Part shown: in pieces, positions 41,801 to 51,267 of the stretch
How positions within the stretch are numbered: position 1 is the first letter of the stretch
Layout: each line of letters starts with the position of its first letter
Assembly (NCBI GenBank): GCA_965198115.1
Contig: OZ240241.1
Coordinates: 2,592,001-2,656,000, forward strand
Origin: Candidatus Latescibacterota bacterium
Lineage (GTDB): Bacteria; Latescibacterota; UBA2968
Direction: 5' to 3'
DNA length: 64,000 nucleotides
Program-made: the position numbers and the translations under genes
The notes under the pieces: model-generated
Told to the model about the DNA's origin: nothing
Databases searched by the model: none
What the model saw: only the letters and a program-made list of their open reading frames with translations

Positions 41801-43362
41801 GGTGAACGACTTGCCGTCGTAGCGGACGAGACCACCCGTCATTGAAGCGGTCCACAGATCGCCTGAACGATCCTGGTAGAGCTTGCTTCCGCTAACGCCG
41901 TGGATCCTGAACCTCTGCCCATCGAATTGGGTCAGCCCCGGCCAGGCCGCGAACCAGAGGTTGCCATCCCGATCCCGCAGCGACGAATAGACGGGGTTGC
42001 CTGGAAGGCCATCGGCCGTGGTGAAGGTCGTAAACGTCTGCCCGCTGTAGCGGCTCACGCCCCCGTTGGTGCCGAACCACAGGTGGCCTTCCCTGTCCTC
42101 GCAAATGGATAACACTCTGTTGTCAGCCAGCCCGTCTTTCGTGGTATAGGTGATCCAGACTTCCTCTCCGGATGGCGATTGGGTCAGTCTGCTTACGCCT
42201 TCCCAGGTGGCAAACCAGAGATCGCCGTATCGGTCCTGGAGAATCGATTCGATGTAGTCATCGGCAAGCCCGTCGTCAGTGGTGAGTGTCCGCCATGTCT
42301 GGCCATCGTAGACCGACACCCCGTTGCGCCGCGTCCCGAACCACAAGTTTCCATCCCGATCCTCGAGAATCGCTCTCACGCGGTTCTCCGCCAAACCGTC
42401 CTCGGTGCTGAAGGTCTCCCACGTGTGGCCATCATAGCGACTGACGCCGACGAGGCCCGGTTCATTGCTGAACCCATTCAGTCCAAACCAGAGATGCCCT
42501 CACGATCCTGATGGATCGCGGCGACCCTGCCACCCAAATCGTCCCTGGCGAACAAGGTCCAGGCGGTCTCTGGGGGTGCAGAAGCGTCGTAGCGTACCAC
42601 ACCTTCGAACACTGCCAGCCAAAGACCACCCTCGCGATCCACGTAAGCCCGATACGCCTCTGAGAAAATCTCGTTCGTGATGTGTGTCCAGGACTGACCG
42701 TCGTACCGGCTGATTCTGCGACCGTCAGGAATCCAGATATTGCCTTCGCGATCTTCCACGATGGAGAAGACGCTTGGATCGAGGACTTCCTTTTTCGTGT
42801 AGGTCGTGAAGGTCCGTCCGTCGTAGCGGCTTACGCCACCTCCCCAGGTCCCGAACCAGAGATGGCCTCTGCCGTCCTGGATGACCGCGCGCACCTCAAC
42901 CGTGGCCAGACCGTCCGCTGCATCGTAGTTCCGCCACAGACCGAGCCCCCGGCCCGCGGGTACGTCCTTCGCGGGCCCTGTCTCGATGAGCTGTCCCGTG
43001 CCGGCCGGGGACGAGTACTGATTGAAGTAGTATCGACGCCTGAGACCGACTTCGTTCAACTGTTCCACCCACTTCTGGTCGTCACGCAAAGTCCGACGTG
43101 CCCCCTCAATTTGGCCCGGGGAGTCGAACTCGAACAGGCGGCTGAACACGCTGTCCACCGACGCACGCATCGATCGCGTCGATTCGATCAGCCCGTTGCC
43201 TTTCAGGATGGGCAGCAGCTTTTCCTGGTAGGTCTTTGCGAAAGCTTCGTGCTGTTCAGCGGGAAGCAGGAAAGAAAGACGGGCTAGGGACGGCTCGCTG
43301 GCAGATAGAGGAATCGAGAATTGAAGAGCGAGAATCGAGAATGTGAGGAGGCGCTTGATCAT
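38898..43362 (-). CDS. Sensor histidine kinase 2: signal peptide, extra N-terminal domain, beta-propellers, Y_Y_Y, TM, GAF-like, HisKA, HATPase (frameshifts near 42495 and 40815)
   Basis: DRDGNLWFGT blades, YRYRL, MSHELRTPMNAI, NLLSNAVKFT, GTGLGL; paralogous to kinase 1. Confidence 0.85.
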
Positions 43363-43598
43363 TGGCTTCAGATGAGAGTCGGGAAGACATCTCCCAAGGT
43401 CTTTCAAATGGCTTGAGGCGAACATCCTTTCAGCGAGGGTAGGAAACTGAAAGTTCTTTGTAGGTCTGAGACGGTCGCCACGGTAGCAACTCATTGTTTT
43501 TCAGCCCATTCTGACGTGCCCCAATTCACGGCACGTCGTTTTGCCTCGAAATTGGGTCGTCCGGTCCCATCAACTTGAAATGCACCGGGTGAGCTACC

Positions 43599-43683
43599 TT
43601 GTTCTCCTCCTTTTGAAGGAGAACATAAGCTACAAATAATGTTCAGGACATACGTAATAATATTTATGAAACCATGCACTTAG
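43599..43683 (-). mobile_element. Isolated left end of the IS630 found at 9572
   Basis: Reverse complement matches 9571-9655 at 84/85 positions. Confidence 0.9.
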
Positions 43684-43824
43684 TTCAGGGAATCGGTTCC
43701 ATCGCCACGGCTCCAGGAAAGGATCGGGATGGACCGGGGTGTAGGGCGTGGCGGCCGAAACCGATGAGGCCGTGAATGCACAGTGCAAAATGAAAAATGC
43801 AAAGTTGAGGAGGTGTCGCGTCAT
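43684..43824 (-). pseudogene. N-terminal stump of a third propeller sensor kinase, cut by the IS630 end
   Basis: Signal peptide followed by PVHPDPFLEPWRWNRF, similar to PQPEPLSEAWRWTEF of kinase 1. Confidence 0.7.
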
Positions 43825-44394
43825 CAGCTATACCCTGGTTAAATCAGTGGTGCGTGGTGCAACCAAGATAGCGACCAGCCTTCGCTCGAAAAAGCCTGAG
43901 CTACGGCGGGCAAGGTGTCGAGGAACCGTGGGCAAGTGAGGGTGGCTGGGCGAGGGCGGGCGGGGCAAAGCCCTTGGCTGCTGGATATGAGCTTTGAGAT
44001 CTCTCATCCGTGGCTCGGGGCCTGCGGCGCGAGACGGATTCGAGATGACAGGCTGGCGTTGGCTCAAGGCAACCATCGCCCGTCTGGGCGCCCGTCTGTC
44101 ATTTCGACGTGGGCTGGTAAGACTCCCCAAGTCCCACCCATCTCATTCGTGCCTTCGCGTCTTCGCGCCTTCGTGTTCCTCATCCCCGGTCTACTTTTTC
44201 CACCGTACCTATTCCCCGAATAGGGCCTCGATTCCCAGGCAGCCATTCCCGTTCGTGTATTTCGTGTGAGCCTGCCCTGAGCGAAGTCGAAGGGTGGTTC
44301 TGGTTTTGACTTCCGTCCGTGTGTTCCGTGTATTCCGTGGTCTCTGGTTCTTTCGTGTTTTTCGTGGTTCCGCTTTTCGGTGTACCTTGACCCT

Positions 44395-45207
44395 ATGCCC
44401 AACACCCTACGCATCCTCGTTTTTGGCGCCCACCCCGACGACTGTGACATCAAAGCCGGCGGGATCGCCATCAAGTACGCCGCCCTTGAGCACAACGTCC
44501 GCTTTGTGTCCGTCACGAACGGCGACGCGGGTCACCACGAGATCGGCGGCATCCAGCTTGCGCAACGCCGACGTGCAGAAGCGCAAGCGGCAGGAGCCGT
44601 CGCCGGAATCGAATACCACGTGATGGACAGTCACGACGGCGAGCTCGAACCCTCGCTCGACGTCCGCAAACGCATCATCCGAATGATCAGGAGCTTCACC
44701 CCCGACCTGATCCTCACGCATCGTCCCAACGACTACCATCCCGACCATCGCTATACATCGATCCTGGTCCAGGACTCGGCCTATATGGTCACCGTTCCCA
44801 ACATCTGCACCGATACACCCGCCCTTTCCTACAACCCGGTCATCGTCTACCTCAGCGACACGTTCACGAGGCCCTACCCCTTCGCCCCGACGCTCGCCAT
44901 CGACATCGACGACGTCGTGGAGAAGAAGCTCGATATGCTGCACTGCCACGCGTCGCAGATGTACGAGTGGCTGCCCTACAACTCGGGCAGGCTCGACGAG
45001 GTTCCTGAAGGCAATGCGGAGAGACGAAAGTGGCTGGAGCATCGGTTGGAGCGCTTCAGAAGCGTGGCCGATGCGTCCCGTGATCAGCTCGTGGAACGAT
45101 ACGGTGAGGAAAGAGGTGGGAAGGTGGAGTACGCGGAGGCGTTCGAGATGAGTGAGTATGGCGGGACGGCGTCAGAAGAGCGTATGGGGCAGTTGTTTCC
45201 GTTTTAA
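44395..45207 (+). CDS. PIG-L/LmbE family deacetylase
   Basis: AHPDD, TNGDAG, RRAEA, DYHPDH. Confidence 0.9.
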   Translation: MPNTLRILVFGAHPDDCDIKAGGIAIKYAALEHNVRFVSVTNGDAGHHEIGGIQLAQRRRAEAQAAGAVAGIEYHVMDSHDGELEPSLDVRKRIIRMIRSFTPDLILTHRPNDYHPDHRYTSILVQDSAYMVTVPNICTDTPALSYNPVIVYLSDTFTRPYPFAPTLAIDIDDVVEKKLDMLHCHASQMYEWLPYNSGRLDEVPEGNAERRKWLEHRLERFRSVADASRDQLVERYGEERGGKVEYAEAFEMSEYGGTASEERMGQLFPF

Positions 45208-45243
45208 GTGCGAAGCCCGCTGAAGCGAGCTGGTGGCAATTGG

Positions 45244-45335
45244 TTGTCATCCCGGCAGTGTGTTGAGCCGGGATCCATTCTGACTTTCGCGTAAGTCAAA
45301 ATGGGCCTCGGCTAAAAAGCGTACCGAGGTGACAA
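45244..45335. repeat. Palindromic mini-element TTGTCATCCCGG...CCGAGGTGACAA (form without nested insert)
   Basis: Terminal inverted repeats and three internal hairpins; lies between convergent genes. Confidence 0.7.
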
Positions 45336-45430
45336 TCCTTCGCGATGGCAGGTTCTTGCCACTGCAATAAGAAATGCGTTACGCTCGCCCTTTTTCTCCG
45401 CACGAGGGCGCACTGATCTCAACGCGATCT

Positions 45431-47122
45431 TCAGAACGTGCTGATCAATCGCACGTGGACCTTCCCTCTGGACGGCGCGTCATCCTTGCTGAGGGCGTAT
45501 TCGACGCGCACGTCTCCCGAACGTACCGTCGACTGAATACCGACGCCGTAACCGAGGAGCGAGAACCAATCGCCATCCGTGCCTCGCAGCATCCCCGCAT
45601 CCGAGAAAGCGAATACGCGCGCACGCGGACCCATCAGCTTGCGCCATTCGAGTCTCGCCCATCCGGCCGCATCTGCCAGGAACTGTTCCTCGACATATCC
45701 CCGAATCGATTGCGCCCCACCCAGCCGCCACCAGGCGTCGGCCGTCGGGCCGCCTCGCTGCCAGACGCCACGCCCGTGCAGTGAAATCATCACGACGTGC
45801 TGTCCACCCACGGGATGTAGAGCCATCCCGTCCACGTTCGCTCGCAGGCGATCCGTCCGCGTAAGACCCGCCGATTCGCTCCAACGATCCCAGCTCAACA
45901 TCGTATCGAACCGGTAGCCCCTTCGTGGATGCCATTCGTTGTCCACGCGGTCCAGTCCGATTCCCATCGAAGTCACCCAGGCAGATCGATCGTCAATCAC
46001 GCCCAATCCCAGACTGTCGGGTCGTACGGCAGCTCGACCGCCACTCACAGAGACACGCATACCCGGAACAGGATGGTATCGCAGCCCCCCCTCGAAGCGG
46101 GACTCGGCATAGCCAGTTCGCTCACCCATCGCCACCATCACCGTCGCATCGAGCGGAAGATCCGCCAGGTAGGGCTCCCGGTAGTGAAACCGCAGATCCG
46201 AGGATAGCGGATCGGGGCGCTGCCAGTGCAAGCTCAGCTGACGCCCGGTCCCCAGCAGGTTCAGCGCTTCCGCATTCACGAGGCCGGAAACGCGATGTCC
46301 CCGGTTCGACCCCGGGAGCAGACCGAGGACGCCCTCGATCCGCGTCGACGGCATCTCCTCAACGTGAAAGTGCAGCCAGTAGCGTCCCGTCCGGACATCC
46401 TGCTCGAGCTCGGCGTCCTCGACCGAGGCGAGATAGGGAAGTCCCCGCAACGCACGCGTCGCCCCATCCACCGCGCGCCGATCGTAGGGATCGCCGATCT
46501 TCAACCCCGTTGTCCGTTGGAGGACGCGTCGATTCGTGCCTGCCAGACCCGAGAAGCGAATGCCGTCGATCGTCACGCGTGGACCCGGATCGACCGTGAG
46601 TTCGACCCGTGCGGTGGGAGATTCTCTTCCGATTGAGACGGCGGGATGGATCGAAGCGTAGGGATATCCGCCGCGCTCGAACAGACGCAGCAGGTTCTCC
46701 AAGTCCGCGTGGAGGTCCTCCGCCACGAGCACCGACCCACGGCGCACCGACAGGTGTGAGCGTGCCAAGGCCGCAGGAAACACGGTCTGGCCCGTAACAA
46801 TCACCGAATCGACGACAGTGGGATCGCCCTCTTCCACGAAGAACCGTAAGATCCCCTCGCCGTCCGGTCCGTCGACTCGCACACGCGTGTGCCAGTAGCC
46901 CTCGTCCTCGTACCGCGACAGCACGCGACGGGCGTCGTCCGCCACCGTTTTCGTTCGGATCGGGCGGCCGGGGCGCGTGACCATCCACGACATCACCTCA
47001 TCGGGACCGAACCGCCGCGTCCCCTCGACGCTCACGCGCTCGACGTGAGTCGCTTCTGGCATCTCGGCGGCGATAGCTGCCGATGCCAAGAGGGTGATGA
47101 GTAACGTCACGAGAAAACGCAT
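45431..47122 (-). CDS. BamA/TamA (Omp85) family outer membrane protein
   Basis: Signal peptide, POTRA-like repeats (YEDEGY, GYPYA), NLLGTGR, LGGAQSIRGY, terminal Phe. Confidence 0.85.
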   Translation of the reverse strand: MRFLVTLLITLLASAAIAAEMPEATHVERVSVEGTRRFGPDEVMSWMVTRPGRPIRTKTVADDARRVLSRYEDEGYWHTRVRVDGPDGEGILRFFVEEGDPTVVDSVIVTGQTVFPAALARSHLSVRRGSVLVAEDLHADLENLLRLFERGGYPYASIHPAVSIGRESPTARVELTVDPGPRVTIDGIRFSGLAGTNRRVLQRTTGLKIGDPYDRRAVDGATRALRGLPYLASVEDAELEQDVRTGRYWLHFHVEEMPSTRIEGVLGLLPGSNRGHRVSGLVNAEALNLLGTGRQLSLHWQRPDPLSSDLRFHYREPYLADLPLDATVMVAMGERTGYAESRFEGGLRYHPVPGMRVSVSGGRAAVRPDSLGLGVIDDRSAWVTSMGIGLDRVDNEWHPRRGYRFDTMLSWDRWSESAGLTRTDRLRANVDGMALHPVGGQHVVMISLHGRGVWQRGGPTADAWWRLGGAQSIRGYVEEQFLADAAGWARLEWRKLMGPRARVFAFSDAGMLRGTDGDWFSLLGYGVGIQSTVRSGDVRVEYALSKDDAPSRGKVHVRLISTF

Positions 47123-47215
47123 TCGAGTTTCCCAGGAGTTCTGTACCCGTCCACAGGGTGAACCTGCTTCCCTGACCTCTGAGCTCTGACCTCTCTGGTG
47201 CGGCCGAACGCCCAT

Positions 47216-50200
47216 CTAGAACGAAGCCCTCATCTCCATCCGGCCGAAATGCAGGAGCGGTCGCTCAGGACGGAGCCGGCCATCGTAGGACGCATAGGCC
47301 GTCAGATACGACGAGAGGCGGTAGTCGAATCCCATCCGCCAATCGAGGTTGTTTCCACGCCGGTTGCCATCTGCCAGACCCAGAAACAAGGGCAAGACCT
47401 CGCCGGCCTCGACGTGCGTCCACCCCGCCCGTCCCGTAAGACGACCCCGGCCGGCCAACGGCTTTCGGAACTCCGGACCCACTGACAGCCGATCGGCTTC
47501 GATCGCTCGGGTCGACTCGACGTCCTTCCCCACAGTCATCGAGAGACCCGTCTGCCAACCGGACGTCAGCCGCATCAGGCCCCGTACGCGGAGCGTTCGC
47601 GAACGGATCACGTGGGCGAACGGTCCTTCACCCATTCGCAACCGCCGCTCGCCTTCCGCGTAAGTTTCAAGGTCGAACCGCCGACCGAATCGGAACCGGC
47701 CTTCCAACCGGCGGTGCAGCCGCTCGGATCGGCCGTCGTCCGACAACGCACGATCCAACCGATGCTCTCTCCGTTCATCCAGACGGAAAGAGGCCACACG
47801 GCTCCGCCGGAACAGGTGGAACGTCGAACGGACCTCTCGGCGCGCAGCCCACACCGCATCGTCGTCCCGGAACAGGCCGAGCGACCAGGGCGCGAGTCCC
47901 CCGTCGCCCGTCATCTGCCGACGCGACTCGATCGCACCTTCGTAGGCGATCATCGACGCCCATCGAGCAAGACCCTCGGCGTTGCGCCAAACCCGCGCCG
48001 GATCGATCGTCACACGCGCGCCGACGGTCGCCTCTCGCACCCGCTTCAGCGGAACCGCGAGAGAAGCATCGGGCAAAGCAAGCTCGTAGTCCCCTCCCCG
48101 ATCGAACACGAACTCCTCGGCGTCCTGCTCGCCATCGCCGTCCACGTCTTCCCACAGGTAGGAGCCACGTCCAGGCCCCACGAACTCATATGCGGCGTCC
48201 GCGGGGTTGACCCCTGTCGTGGCGATCCTGTAGGTCAGCTGCTGTGATACGGCGCCTCCCGCCGGTGTGTAGCCCAGACGCACCCTCCCCACGTCCGACG
48301 TCGACGTCCCCTGCCGCACGTCCCGGCGCCACGTTCGACCGACTTCGGCCGTCGCGTTCAAACCCGAGCGCGTACCGATCACCGCCCGATGATGGTGCGC
48401 CACGGTCGTCGTACTGTCCCGCCAGGCATCCACCCACTGGTCGATCCGGGTCACCGTCATCGTCGAAGTCAACGACCGTCGCGCGGATCCCACGACCATC
48501 TCGAGCCGTCCATCGCGACGTCGTATCCCTTCCGGTAATGCCCGCCCGAATCCGGCATAGAACAAGGAGGACGAGCCCACCGACGTGCCCCGCCCGGTTT
48601 CATCCCGCAGCGTCATCGACGGGCGAAACACGCCTGCCCGTCGCTCGACTTCCAGCGTATGGACGGCCAGCGACCCGCCTTCCTGCGTCAACCGCGATAC
48701 GGCCGCCTTGCCCGTGACCTCCGATCCACGATCGAACGAAGCAGACGCGGCCAAGCGCTGCGCGGAGGCCAGACCCGAACGACGACCGAAGCCGAATCGC
48801 AAACCGAGACCCGATACGTCCGCATAGTGTGCGCCCACCTCCGCTACCCGGCCGGTCAACAGATCGGATTCGGGCCGCCATCCCCATCGCCCCTCCTCGT
48901 TCACCCGTGTCACACGGTCCATCGCATCGAACGACTCGCCAATATCCTGGTAATTCGCCGACAGCCGGACGGCCCCCCTTCTCCCGAGAGGCTGTGACTC
49001 CGTCGAAACGCCCAGTCTCACAGCCCGACCGTTCCGGGCATCCGACCCGGCTCGGCTTCCACTCAACCCGACCTCGCCCGCGAGTCGGAAGCCGTGAACG
49101 GACGTCGCGGCATCGACGGCCAACACCTGGCGTGGGCCACCTCCCTCCTCGGCCACACCGGCCTCACGGAGGAACGTGGTGCCGATCCGCCCATCGGGAC
49201 CGAATTCCCGCCCGCCCTGGAAACCGAGCAATCGGCCCCGATCCTGCGGGTTCAGCGTCTGGACGTCGACCGTGATCTGACTTTCGCCCACGATCGGTTG
49301 ACTCGCCGTGAAGGTGATCTGTCCGCGATCGTAATCGATCACGTAGTCCTGTCCTTCACCCCGACGGAGGCGTCGGCCGTCGACATACACACGCTCCGAC
49401 CCTCCGGCCAATTCTCGCGACGTCGAGCCCACCCGGTAGGGCCCCTGATAGCCGTGGATGGCCGCGATTCTGCGCGACACGCGCCGGCCTCGCGCAACAG
49501 CGCCGAATCCCTCGAACCGGTAGCCGGCGTGTTCGCCCGTTACCTGGACGCCCTGCAAGCGGCGGCGGTATCTCCCGAACGTCGAACCATCGAAATCGAC
49601 CTCGAGATCGCCCACACCCGCGCTGGCGGTCGGCGACGTGACCCTGAACAGCACGCGATCGAGCTCGTCCAAACCCCGCGTCTGTCCTCCGGATCGCAAC
49701 GGAAGGTTGCGATCCGTCAGCAGCGCCTGCAGTTCGATTCCTTCCGCCAGTTCCCCTGCCATTTCCAGCCGCAGCGATTGCGTCACCGTTTGCGAGGATC
49801 CAACCTCGACCTGCAGGCGCTTGACGCCGCCGATCCGCAACCGTGCCGCATCGGTAGCAGATCGCCCGGGGGAAGGTGTGACGGTGGAAGATGAGACCCT
49901 GATCCGTCTGCCTGGCCCAGAGGCCACGATGCGCTCGCTCACTTCGGAGATCTGTCTGACACGGTAAACGCGTGTCGGAAGAACGTCGGGTTCTCGACGA
50001 CCTCGAAACACGATCCGACTCCCTCGCGGGGGTGGACTGTAAAACGTCACACTACCGGACGCATCGTTCACCGCGTAGTCGACGTCGCGGATCGCGCGCG
50101 CCCCGTCGACCCATAGCAGGCCGGAGCCTTCAAACACGGGCTGGTCCGAAACTCGAAACGGACCGGGGCTGCCGTCTGCTTCGAAAGCGAATTCGAAATC

Positions 50201-50335
50201 GAAAGACGAGAACCTCAGAGAAAGCGGCTCACCCGCAGCGTGTGAGAAGAAGATGATCGGGACCAAAAAAAAGGGGAGAATGCGACTCAGAGTCGCCATC
50301 CTCCCGGTGGGCCAGCGGTGCAGATCGGTCGTCAC
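47216..50335 (-). CDS. Large hypothetical outer-membrane (beta-barrel-like) protein
   Basis: Signal-like N-terminus, GSERVYVDG...DYVIDY..G.I.F motif, amphipathic strands, terminal Phe. Confidence 0.65.
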   Translation of the reverse strand: MTTDLHRWPTGRMATLSRILPFFLVPIIFFSHAAGEPLSLRFSSFDFEFAFEADGSPGPFRVSDQPVFEGSGLLWVDGARAIRDVDYAVNDASGSVTFYSPPPRGSRIVFRGRREPDVLPTRVYRVRQISEVSERIVASGPGRRIRVSSSTVTPSPGRSATDAARLRIGGVKRLQVEVGSSQTVTQSLRLEMAGELAEGIELQALLTDRNLPLRSGGQTRGLDELDRVLFRVTSPTASAGVGDLEVDFDGSTFGRYRRRLQGVQVTGEHAGYRFEGFGAVARGRRVSRRIAAIHGYQGPYRVGSTSRELAGGSERVYVDGRRLRRGEGQDYVIDYDRGQITFTASQPIVGESQITVDVQTLNPQDRGRLLGFQGGREFGPDGRIGTTFLREAGVAEEGGGPRQVLAVDAATSVHGFRLAGEVGLSGSRAGSDARNGRAVRLGVSTESQPLGRRGAVRLSANYQDIGESFDAMDRVTRVNEEGRWGWRPESDLLTGRVAEVGAHYADVSGLGLRFGFGRRSGLASAQRLAASASFDRGSEVTGKAAVSRLTQEGGSLAVHTLEVERRAGVFRPSMTLRDETGRGTSVGSSSLFYAGFGRALPEGIRRRDGRLEMVVGSARRSLTSTMTVTRIDQWVDAWRDSTTTVAHHHRAVIGTRSGLNATAEVGRTWRRDVRQGTSTSDVGRVRLGYTPAGGAVSQQLTYRIATTGVNPADAAYEFVGPGRGSYLWEDVDGDGEQDAEEFVFDRGGDYELALPDASLAVPLKRVREATVGARVTIDPARVWRNAEGLARWASMIAYEGAIESRRQMTGDGGLAPWSLGLFRDDDAVWAARREVRSTFHLFRRSRVASFRLDERREHRLDRALSDDGRSERLHRRLEGRFRFGRRFDLETYAEGERRLRMGEGPFAHVIRSRTLRVRGLMRLTSGWQTGLSMTVGKDVESTRAIEADRLSVGPEFRKPLAGRGRLTGRAGWTHVEAGEVLPLFLGLADGNRRGNNLDWRMGFDYRLSSYLTAYASYDGRLRPERPLLHFGRMEMRASF

Positions 50336-51267
50336 TTGCGCAACACCATCACTTTGTAAATGACCACACGGTGATTACCCGAGTCGACGATGGCCAGATT
50401 TTCGTCATCGAACAGAGCGAGCCCTCGCGGTGTGTCGAAGCCTTCTCCGCCTTCCCCGGGCCGGGGGCCACCCGACCGGCCGACGACCCCGCCCGTGGCC
50501 AGGTCGAACGCCACGATCCGGTGGTTCCCCGTGTCCGACACGAACAGGACCCCCTTCGGGCCGAACACCACGCCGGAGGGCGTGTCCAGGACCTCCTCGC
50601 CGAACGCCCGATCGTAGTTGCCGAAACGATCAAAAAGGACGACCCGGTCGTTTCCCGTATCGCATACCGCGACCCGATCGTCCGAGGACACATCGATCGA
50701 CGTGGGCGCCCGAAGATCTCCAGCTCCATACCCGTAGCCACCGAACGATCGATCCGTCCGACTGAAGCTGCTAACCTGCACCACCTGGTCCAGATCCTGG
50801 TCGGTCACGTAGAGCTCGCCTTCACGCGAACCGGCGATACCACCCGGTCGCCCCAAACGCACGGCCCCCTCGACGTCCCGCCCCCCGACGGTTGCGAGTG
50901 TTCGAAGACGGGAGCTCAACACGACGAACCGCTGATTCTCACTGTCCGCCACGAACAACTCGAGCCCGATGGCCGCGATCCCAATCGGGCGGTTGAACTG
51001 CCCTTCCTCCCATCCGAAACCGCCGAGCTCTGACAGGTAGGCGCCGTCGTCGTCGAACTTGACCACACGATCGTTTCCCGTGTCGGCCACGTAAACGTGC
51101 CCGGTCGCATCGAAGACCAGATCGTGCGGCGACAGCAGCTCGCCCACGCCGCTCCCCTTTTGTCCGAACGCGCTCGAGTAACGTAGGGCGACGTGGACCG
51201 ACGACACTTGGTCGTCGCCACGCGCTTCCCCCATCCACAGGGCGGCCAGCAAACCAATCAGGATCAC
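50332..51267 (-). CDS. NHL-repeat beta-propeller protein, secreted
   Basis: Repeated P.....D..G.VYVADTGNDRV; GTG start overlaps the dapL stop. Confidence 0.85.
   Translation of the reverse strand: MILIGLLAALWMGEARGDDQVSSVHVALRYSSAFGQKGSGVGELLSPHDLVFDATGHVYVADTGNDRVVKFDDDGAYLSELGGFGWEEGQFNRPIGIAAIGLELFVADSENQRFVVLSSRLRTLATVGGRDVEGAVRLGRPGGIAGSREGELYVTDQDLDQVVQVSSFSRTDRSFGGYGYGAGDLRAPTSIDVSSDDRVAVCDTGNDRVVLFDRFGNYDRAFGEEVLDTPSGVVFGPKGVLFVSDTGNHRIVAFDLATGGVVGRSGGPRPGEGGEGFDTPRGLALFDDENLAIVDSGNHRVVIYKVMVLRK

Noticed and set aside
40826-41845. 339-aa plus-strand ORF
   Set aside because: Antisense shadow of the kinase 2 propeller region
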